DNA of 64,000 bases from Naegleria gruberi (taxonomy: Eukaryota). The stretch lies in assembly GCA_000004985.1 (NCBI GenBank), contig GG738915.1; one strand, 5' to 3'. The notes below the pieces were generated by a model, which saw only the letters and a program-made list of their open reading frames with translations, was not told the DNA's origin and searched no databases. Made by a program: the position numbers and the translations under genes. Shown here piece after piece: positions 55,201 through 64,000 of this stretch (positions are counted from its first letter, which is position 1; each line of letters starts with the position of its first letter).

Positions 55201-58200
55201 NNNNNNNNNNNNNNNNNNNNNNNNNNNNNNNNNNNNNNNNNNNNNNNNNNNNNNNNNNNNNNNNNNNNNNNNNNNNNNNNNNNNNNNNNNNNNNNNNNNN
55301 NNNNNNNNNNNNNNNNNNNNNNNNNNNNNNNNNNNNNNNNNNNNNNNNNNNNNNNNNNNNNNNNNNNNNNNNNNNNNNNNNNNNNNNNNNNNNNNNNNNN
55401 NNNNNNNNNNNNNNNNNNNNNNNNNNNNNNNNNNNNNNNNNNNNNNNNNNNNNNNNNNNNNNNNNNNNNNNNNNNNNNNNNNNNNNNNNNNNNNNNNNNN
55501 NNNNNNNNNNNNNNNNNNNNNNNNNNNNNNNNNNNNNNNNNNNNNNNNNNNNNNNNNNNNNNNNNNNNNNNNNNNNNNNNNNNNNNNNNNNNNNNNNNNN
55601 NNNNNNNNNNNNNNNNNNNNNNNNNNNNNNNNNNNNNNNNNNNNNNNNNNNNNNNNNNNNNNNNNNNNNNNNNNNNNNNNNNNNNNNNNNNNNNNNNNNN
55701 NNNNNNNNNNNNNNNNNNNNNNNNNNNNNNNNNNNNNNNNNNNNNNNNNNNNNNNNNNNNNNNNNNNNNNNNNNNNNNNNNNNNNNNNNNNNNNNNNNNN
55801 NNNNNNNNNNNNNNNNNNNNNNNNNNNNNNNNNNNNNNNNNNNNNNNNNNNNNNNNNNNNNNNNNNNNNNNNNNNNNNNNNNNNNNNNNNNNNNNNNNNN
55901 NNNNNNNNNNNNNNNNNNNNNNNNNNNNNNNNNNNNNNNNNNNNNNNNNNNNNNNNNNNNNNNNNNNNNNNNNNNNNNNNNNNNNNNNNNNNNNNNNNNN
56001 NNNNNNNNNNNNNNNNNNNNNNNNNNNNNNNNNNNNNNNNNNNNNNNNNNNNNNNNNNNNNNNNNNNNNNNNNNNNNNNNNNNNNNNNNNNNNNNNNNNN
56101 NNNNNNNNNNNNNNNNNNNNNNNNNNNNNNNNNNNNNNNNNNNNNNNNNNNNNNNNNNNNNNNNNNNNNNNNNNNNNNNNNNNNNNNNNNNNNNNNNNNN
56201 NNNNNNNNNNNNNNNNNNNNNNNNNNNNNNNNNNNNNNNNNNNNNNNNNNNNNNNNNNNNNNNNNNNNNNNNNNNNNNNNNNNNNNNNNNNNNNNNNNNN
56301 NNNNNNNNNNNNNNNNNNNNNNNNNNNNNNNNNNNNNNNNNNNNNNNNNNNNNNNNNNNNNNNNNNNNNNNNNNNNNNNNNNNNNNNNNNNNNNNNNNNN
56401 NNNNNNNNNNNNNNNNNNNNNNNNNNNNNNNNNNNNNNNNNNNNNNNNNNNNNNNNNNNNNNNNNNNNNNNNNNNNNNNNNNNNNNNNNNNNNNNNNNNN
56501 NNNNNNNNNNNNNNNNNNNNNNNNNNNNNNNNNNNNNNNNNNNNNNNNNNNNNNNNNNNNNNNNNNNNNNNNNNNNNNNNNNNNNNNNNNNNNNNNNNNN
56601 NNNNNNNNNNNNNNNNNNNNNNNNNNNNNNNNNNNNNNNNNNNNNNNNNNNNNNNNNNNNNNNNNNNNNNNNNNNNNNNNNNNNNNNNNNNNNNNNNNNN
56701 NNNNNNNNNNNNNNNNNNNNNNNNNNNNNNNNNNNNNNNNNNNNNNNNNNNNNNNNNNNNNNNNNNNNNNNNNNNNNNNNNNNNNNNNNNNNNNNNNNNN
56801 NNNNNNNNNNNNNNNNNNNNNNNNNNNNNNNNNNNNNNNNNNNNNNNNNNNNNNNNNNNNNNNNNNNNNNNNNNNNNNNNNNNNNNNNNNNNNNNNNNNN
56901 NNNNNNNNNNNNNNNNNNNNNNNNNNNNNNNNNNNNNNNNNNNNNNNNNNNNNNNNNNNNNNNNNNNNNNNNNNNNNNNNNNNNNNNNNNNNNNNNNNNN
57001 NNNNNNNNNNNNNNNNNNNNNNNNNNNNNNNNNNNNNNNNNNNNNNNNNNNNNNNNNNNNNNNNNNNNNNNNNNNNNNNNNNNNNNNNNNNNNNNNNNNN
57101 NNNNNNNNNNNNNNNNNNNNNNNNNNNNNNNNNNNNNNNNNNNNNNNNNNNNNNNNNNNNNNNNNNNNNNNNNNNNNNNNNNNNNNNNNNNNNNNNNNNN
57201 NNNNNNNNNNNNNNNNNNNNNNNNNNNNNNNNNNNNNNNNNNNNNNNNNNNNNNNNNNNNNNNNNNNNNNNNNNNNNNNNNNNNNNNNNNNNNNNNNNNN
57301 NNNNNNNNNNNNNNNNNNNNNNNNNNNNNNNNNNNNNNNNNNNNNNNNNNNNNNNNNNNNNNNNNNNNNNNNNNNNNNNNNNNNNNNNNNNNNNNNNNNN
57401 NNNNNNNNNNNNNNNNNNNNNNNNNNNNNNNNNNNNNNNNNNNNNNNNNNNNNNNNNNNNNNNNNNNNNNNNNNNNNNNNNNNNNNNNNNNNNNNNNNNN
57501 NNNNNNNNNNNNNNNNNNNNNNNNNNNNNNNNNNNNNNNNNNNNNNNNNNNNNNNNNNNNNNNNNNNNNNNNNNNNNNNNNNNNNNNNNNNNNNNNNNNN
57601 NNNNNNNNNNNNNNNNNNNNNNNNNNNNNNNNNNNNNNNNNNNNNNNNNNNNNNNNNNNNNNNNNNNNNNNNNNNNNNNNNNNNNNNNNNNNNNNNNNNN
57701 NNNNNNNNNNNNNNNNNNNNNNNNNNNNNNNNNNNNNNNNNNNNNNNNNNNNNNNNNNNNNNNNNNNNNNNNNNNNNNNNNNNNNNNNNNNNNNNNNNNN
57801 NNNNNNNNNNNNNNNNNNNNNNNNNNNNNNNNNNNNNNNNNNNNNNNNNNNNNNNNNNNNNNNNNNNNNNNNNNNNNNNNNNNNNNNNNNNNNNNNNNNN
57901 NNNNNNNNNNNNNNNNNNNNNNNNNNNNNNNNNNNNNNNNNNNNNNNNNNNNNNNNNNNNNNNNNNNNNNNNNNNNNNNNNNNNNNNNNNNNNNNNNNNN
58001 NNNNNNNNNNNNNNNNNNNNNNNNNNNNNNNNNNNNNNNNNNNNNNNNNNNNNNNNNNNNNNNNNNNNNNNNNNNNNNNNNNNNNNNNNNNNNNNNNNNN
58101 NNNNNNNNNNNNNNNNNNNNNNNNNNNNNNNNNNNNNNNNNNNNNNNNNNNNNNNNNNNNNNNNNNNNNNNNNNNNNNNNNNNNNNNNNNNNNNNNNNNN

Positions 58201-61200
58201 NNNNNNNNNNNNNNNNNNNNNNNNNNNNNNNNNNNNNNNNNNNNNNNNNNNNNNNNNNNNNNNNNNNNNNNNNNNNNNNNNNNNNNNNNNNNNNNNNNNN
58301 NNNNNNNNNNNNNNNNNNNNNNNNNNNNNNNNNNNNNNNNNNNNNNNNNNNNNNNNNNNNNNNNNNNNNNNNNNNNNNNNNNNNNNNNNNNNNNNNNNNN
58401 NNNNNNNNNNNNNNNNNNNNNNNNNNNNNNNNNNNNNNNNNNNNNNNNNNNNNNNNNNNNNNNNNNNNNNNNNNNNNNNNNNNNNNNNNNNNNNNNNNNN
58501 NNNNNNNNNNNNNNNNNNNNNNNNNNNNNNNNNNNNNNNNNNNNNNNNNNNNNNNNNNNNNNNNNNNNNNNNNNNNNNNNNNNNNNNNNNNNNNNNNNNN
58601 NNNNNNNNNNNNNNNNNNNNNNNNNNNNNNNNNNNNNNNNNNNNNNNNNNNNNNNNNNNNNNNNNNNNNNNNNNNNNNNNNNNNNNNNNNNNNNNNNNNN
58701 NNNNNNNNNNNNNNNNNNNNNNNNNNNNNNNNNNNNNNNNNNNNNNNNNNNNNNNNNNNNNNNNNNNNNNNNNNNNNNNNNNNNNNNNNNNNNNNNNNNN
58801 NNNNNNNNNNNNNNNNNNNNNNNNNNNNNNNNNNNNNNNNNNNNNNNNNNNNNNNNNNNNNNNNNNNNNNNNNNNNNNNNNNNNNNNNNNNNNNNNNNNN
58901 NNNNNNNNNNNNNNNNNNNNNNNNNNNNNNNNNNNNNNNNNNNNNNNNNNNNNNNNNNNNNNNNNNNNNNNNNNNNNNNNNNNNNNNNNNNNNNNNNNNN
59001 NNNNNNNNNNNNNNNNNNNNNNNNNNNNNNNNNNNNNNNNNNNNNNNNNNNNNNNNNNNNNNNNNNNNNNNNNNNNNNNNNNNNNNNNNNNNNNNNNNNN
59101 NNNNNNNNNNNNNNNNNNNNNNNNNNNNNNNNNNNNNNNNNNNNNNNNNNNNNNNNNNNNNNNNNNNNNNNNNNNNNNNNNNNNNNNNNNNNNNNNNNNN
59201 NNNNNNNNNNNNNNNNNNNNNNNNNNNNNNNNNNNNNNNNNNNNNNNNNNNNNNNNNNNNNNNNNNNNNNNNNNNNNNNNNNNNNNNNNNNNNNNNNNNN
59301 NNNNNNNNNNNNNNNNNNNNNNNNNNNNNNNNNNNNNNNNNNNNNNNNNNNNNNNNNNNNNNNNNNNNNNNNNNNNNNNNNNNNNNNNNNNNNNNNNNNN
59401 NNNNNNNNNNNNNNNNNNNNNNNNNNNNNNNNNNNNNNNNNNNNNNNNNNNNNNNNNNNNNNNNNNNNNNNNNNNNNNNNNNNNNNNNNNNNNNNNNNNN
59501 NNNNNNNNNNNNNNNNNNNNNNNNNNNNNNNNNNNNNNNNNNNNNNNNNNNNNNNNNNNNNNNNNNNNNNNNNNNNNNNNNNNNNNNNNNNNNNNNNNNN
59601 NNNNNNNNNNNNNNNNNNNNNNNNNNNNNNNNNNNNNNNNNNNNNNNNNNNNNNNNNNNNNNNNNNNNNNNNNNNNNNNNNNNNNNNNNNNNNNNNNNNN
59701 NNNNNNNNNNNNNNNNNNNNNNNNNNNNNNNNNNNNNNNNNNNNNNNNNNNNNNNNNNNNNNNNNNNNNNNNNNNNNNNNNNNNNNNNNNNNNNNNNNNN
59801 NNNNNNNNNNNNNNNNNNNNNNNNNNNNNNNNNNNNNNNNNNNNNNNNNNNNNNNNNNNNNNNNNNNNNNNNNNNNNNNNNNNNNNNNNNNNNNNNNNNN
59901 NNNNNNNNNNNNNNNNNNNNNNNNNNNNNNNNNNNNNNNNNNNNNNNNNNNNNNNNNNNNNNNNNNNNNNNNNNNNNNNNNNNNNNNNNNNNNNNNNNNN
60001 NNNNNNNNNNNNNNNNNNNNNNNNNNNNNNNNNNNNNNNNNNNNNNNNNNNNNNNNNNNNNNNNNNNNNNNNNNNNNNNNNNNNNNNNNNNNNNNNNNNN
60101 NNNNNNNNNNNNNNNNNNNNNNNNNNNNNNNNNNNNNNNNNNNNNNNNNNNNNNNNNNNNNNNNNNNNNNNNNNNNNNNNNNNNNNNNNNNNNNNNNNNN
60201 NNNNNNNNNNNNNNNNNNNNNNNNNNNNNNNNNNNNNNNNNNNNNNNNNNNNNNNNNNNNNNNNNNNNNNNNNNNNNNNNNNNNNNNNNNNNNNNNNNNN
60301 NNNNNNNNNNNNNNNNNNNNNNNNNNNNNNNNNNNNNNNNNNNNNNNNNNNNNNNNNNNNNNNNNNNNNNNNNNNNNNNNNNNNNNNNNNNNNNNNNNNN
60401 NNNNNNNNNNNNNNNNNNNNNNNNNNNNNNNNNNNNNNNNNNNNNNNNNNNNNNNNNNNNNNNNNNNNNNNNNNNNNNNNNNNNNNNNNNNNNNNNNNNN
60501 NNNNNNNNNNNNNNNNNNNNNNNNNNNNNNNNNNNNNNNNNNNNNNNNNNNNNNNNNNNNNNNNNNNNNNNNNNNNNNNNNNNNNNNNNNNNNNNNNNNN
60601 NNNNNNNNNNNNNNNNNNNNNNNNNNNNNNNNNNNNNNNNNNNNNNNNNNNNNNNNNNNNNNNNNNNNNNNNNNNNNNNNNNNNNNNNNNNNNNNNNNNN
60701 NNNNNNNNNNNNNNNNNNNNNNNNNNNNNNNNNNNNNNNNNNNNNNNNNNNNNNNNNNNNNNNNNNNNNNNNNNNNNNNNNNNNNNNNNNNNNNNNNNNN
60801 NNNNNNNNNNNNNNNNNNNNNNNNNNNNNNNNNNNNNNNNNNNNNNNNNNNNNNNNNNNNNNNNNNNNNNNNNNNNNNNNNNNNNNNNNNNNNNNNNNNN
60901 NNNNNNNNNNNNNNNNNNNNNNNNNNNNNNNNNNNNNNNNNNNNNNNNNNNNNNNNNNNNNNNNNNNNNNNNNNNNNNNNNNNNNNNNNNNNNNNNNNNN
61001 NNNNNNNNNNNNNNNNNNNNNNNNNNNNNNNNNNNNNNNNNNNNNNNNNNNNNNNNNNNNNNNNNNNNNNNNNNNNNNNNNNNNNNNNNNNNNNNNNNNN
61101 NNNNNNNNNNNNNNNNNNNNNNNNNNNNNNNNNNNNNNNNNNNNNNNNNNNNNNNNNNNNNNNNNNNNNNNNNNNNNNNNNNNNNNNNNNNNNNNNNNNN

Positions 61201-62617
61201 NNNNNNNNNNNNNNNNNNNNNNNNNNNNNNNNNNNNNNNNNNNNNNNNNNNNNNNNNNNNNNNNNNNNNNNNNNNNNNNNNNNNNNNNNNNNNNNNNNNN
61301 NNNNNNNNNNNNNNNNNNNNNNNNNNNNNNNNNNNNNNNNNNNNNNNNNNNNNNNNNNNNNNNNNNNNNNNNNNNNNNNNNNNNNNNNNNNNNNNNNNNN
61401 NNNNNNNNNNNNNNNNNNNNNNNNNNNNNNNNNNNNNNNNNNNNNNNNNNNNNNNNNNNNNNNNNNNNNNNNNNNNNNNNNNNNNNNNNNNNNNNNNNNN
61501 NNNNNNNNNNNNNNNNNNNNNNNNNNNNNNNNNNNNNNNNNNNNNNNNNNNNNNNNNNNNNNNNNNNNNNNNNNNNNNNNNNNNNNNNNNNNNNNNNNNN
61601 NNNNNNNNNNNNNNNNNNNNNNNNNNNNNNNNNNNNNNNNNNNNNNNNNNNNNNNNNNNNNNNNNNNNNNNNNNNNNNNNNNNNNNNNNNNNNNNNNNNN
61701 NNNNNNNNNNNNNNNNNNNNNNNNNNNNNNNNNNNNNNNNNNNNNNNNNNNNNNNNNNNNNNNNNNNNNNNNNNNNNNNNNNNNNNNNNNNNNNNNNNNN
61801 NNNNNNNNNNNNNNNNNNNNNNNNNNNNNNNNNNNNNNNNNNNNNNNNNNNNNNNNNNNNNNNNNNNNNNNNNNNNNNNNNNNNNNNNNNNNNNNNNNNN
61901 NNNNNNNNNNNNNNNNNNNNNNNNNNNNNNNNNNNNNNNNNNNNNNNNNNNNNNNNNNNNNNNNNNNNNNNNNNNNNNNNNNNNNNNNNNNNNNNNNNNN
62001 NNNNNNNNNNNNNNNNNNNNNNNNNNNNNNNNNNNNNNNNNNNNNNNNNNNNNNNNNNNNNNNNNNNNNNNNNNNNNNNNNNNNNNNNNNNNNNNNNNNN
62101 NNNNNNNNNNNNNNNNNNNNNNNNNNNNNNNNNNNNNNNNNNNNNNNNNNNNNNNNNNNNNNNNNNNNNNNNNNNNNNNNNNNNNNNNNNNNNNNNNNNN
62201 NNNNNNNNNNNNNNNNNNNNNNNNNNNNNNNNNNNNNNNNNNNNNNNNNNNNNNNNNNNNNNNNNNNNNNNNNNNNNNNNNNNNNNNNNNNNNNNNNNNN
62301 NNNNNNNNNNNNNNNNNNNNNNNNNNNNNNNNNNNNNNNNNNNNNNNNNNNNNNNNNNNNNNNNNNNNNNNNNNNNNNNNNNNNNNNNNNNNNNNNNNNN
62401 NNNNNNNNNNNNNNNNNNNNNNNNNNNNNNNNNNNNNNNNNNNNNNNNNNNNNNNNNNNNNNNNNNNNNNNNNNNNNNNNNNNNNNNNNNNNNNNNNNNN
62501 NNNNNNNNNNNNNNNNNNNNNNNNNNNNNNNNNNNNNNNNNNNNNNNNNNNNNNNNNNNNNNNNNNNNNNNNNNNNNNNNNNNNNNNNNNNNNNNNNNNN
62601 NNNNNNNNNNNNNNNNN
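31268..62617. other. assembly gap (31,350 N)
   Basis: Run of n covering half the window. It begins inside repeat copy B and ends inside the reverse-strand gene fragment at 62618-63257. Confidence 0.99.
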
Positions 62618-63257
62618 TGGATGCAACTACTTGAGGCATACTGACAGTACCTGGGCTAATAACATCATTAATTAAATTCCAAATTGAGAAAAATAATCCT
62701 GTCTTTTTCATACTCATTAATTCCTTCCATAATTTGTCTTGTCTCTGTTTTCTCTTCAATTTTCGAGCTTCCTTTTCCTCATCAGGTAAATTTTCATTTG
62801 AAGTATTAATTGAATTTACATTTTCCAAACTATTAGTTGATTTCTTTTTTGGTACAAAATAATCATGATTCATATCATTTACTACAAGAGTAGAACCTTC
62901 ATCAGTTCTCCTTGTTGTATCTATTGGAACTCGTTGACCAGTTGAATCAAAGAAGACAACTTCTTCTTCTTGGTCTTCATGATTTTTCTTATTGAATATC
63001 TTACTAAACAATGACTTCTTTTTAGATTTTGGTGGATATGATCCTGCTTGAATATCATCATAATTAGGAGCAGAATAATACATTCCATTTTGTTCTACAC
63101 TATTACCATGGTGATTACTACTATTATTATTAATTAATATTCCTGCAGATGGTTGATATGAAAAGGCTTGGTCAAATGTTGGTGAAACAATAATTGATGA
63201 GCCTGTAGTAGTTTCGGACGAATCCATCGTATTGAAATGATATTGATGCGGAGCCAT
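62618..63257 (-). CDS. N-terminal ~213 aa of a gene whose remainder lies in the 31-kb gap; product unknown
   Basis: Reverse-strand ATG at 63255-57. Hydrophilic S/N-rich N-terminus with a KRKQRQDK basic stretch, then a hydrophobic segment (LFFSIWNLINDVI) just before the gap. Confidence 0.5.
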
Positions 63258-64000
63258 TTCAAACCTCTAAAATGTATATATATTTATCTATGATAACAAA
63301 ATTATAATAATAATAATAAATAAATATTTCAAAACAAGATAATTTTCTCTCTCTTCAAAAATTTAATATTGTGTTGTGATGTGATGATGGAAGGTTTTGT
63401 TTTCAACTCGCTTCTATAACTAGGAGAAAGAGAATTGATGATGAGCGAGTGTGTGAAACGTTTTTTTCTTCTTCGATCCTCGCCGATTGTTTTGTGAAAA
63501 CTCCGAGGAGAGTTTTGCAAAGGATGAACAAGTTTGGGTGTGAGACCAATTTGAAATAAACAAGAAAGTGCAGAAGTTTTCAATTCCAATTCAATTAAAT
63601 AAATTGAAGTATTTTCTTTCTCAGAAACATGAAATATAGAGTTTTTCAATATTTTCATTTAAATTCATCGCAAACATGGTATTATGGCATTGTTTCCTTT
63701 GATATTAAGTATTCCCAATGAAACTATTTGAAAAGAATAGACTAATTGGATCAGTAAATAGTTCAATAATCTTTTCTTTTTCGAATAGAAACTCAACATT
63801 ACCAGATATTACAAATTTTCGAGAAATTCCTTACATCACTTCTCAACAACAACAAATGTAACTGAACGATTTATTGAATTAACCAATAACGTTCTTTTGA
63901 AAATCATCATGAGACTAATAAGGATCGGAAATAGATGGAGGACATTCTTATTGTAAACTTCTAAAACAATGATGTATTACTAATATAAAAAAATGCGTCG

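Noticed and set aside
30872-63257. Giant ORFs of more than 10,000 aa in the ORF track, on both strands
   Set aside because: They are translations through the 31-kb run of N. Only the short real-sequence ends carry information.
63329-63658. 109-aa minus-strand ORF near the window end
   Set aside because: It lies in the presumptive promoter of the gene starting at 63257. It has no motif and an odd composition, so it is probably spurious.
1-64000. Prokaryotic interpretation (operons, CRISPR, defence islands)
   Set aside because: A-rich ATG contexts, spliceosomal introns, eukaryote-only domains (F-box, chromodomain, PIP5K, Ykt6, GPCR-like) and poly-Q/S low complexity mark this as eukaryotic nuclear DNA. 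No repeat-spacer array, rRNA or tRNA is present.

Overview
This window is eukaryotic nuclear DNA, not prokaryotic. It is AT-rich (roughly 65-68% AT) and only about half of it is resolved sequence. Three N-runs are present: 21417-21570, 29632-29681 and a 31.35-kb run at 31268-62617. I found no CRISPR array, no operon structure and no rRNA or tRNA genes by eye.

The ~32.6 kb of real sequence is gene-dense, with about 20 protein-coding genes. Start codons sit in an A-rich context (aaaaaATG). Most genes are intronless. Several carry short spliceosomal introns of about 24-150 nt with GTAAGT-type donors and YAG acceptors. Intergenic spacers are very short in places (48-83 bp). Which organism this comes from cannot be decided from sequence alone: a dictyostelid-like amoebozoan or an early-diverging or compact fungus are both compatible.

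Recognisable genes:
- a large UBC(E2)-LRR-RRM fusion protein whose reading frame is broken once
- three F-box genes: F-box/LRR, F-box/WD40, and F-box + ZZ fingers + chromodomain (spliced)
- a DMT/TPT-like transporter
- an alpha/beta-hydrolase (HGGG / GxSxG esterase)
- a 7TM GPCR-like gene and a neighbouring multi-pass membrane gene
- a PIP5K (Mss4-like)
- a Ykt6 longin SNARE, cut by a gap
- a Transposase_21/DUF4218-like (CACTA/EnSpm-KDZ superfamily) transposase-derived gene with three short introns
- several low-complexity S/T/Q-rich hypothetical proteins

The 7TM gene and the adjacent membrane gene are present in two nearly identical copies (~13.5-15.0 kb and 29.68-31.27 kb). The second copy is flanked on both sides by assembly gaps.

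The supplied ORF track uses TTG/GTG as starts and runs ORFs through N-runs. Many of its start coordinates and all of its giant ORFs are artefacts.
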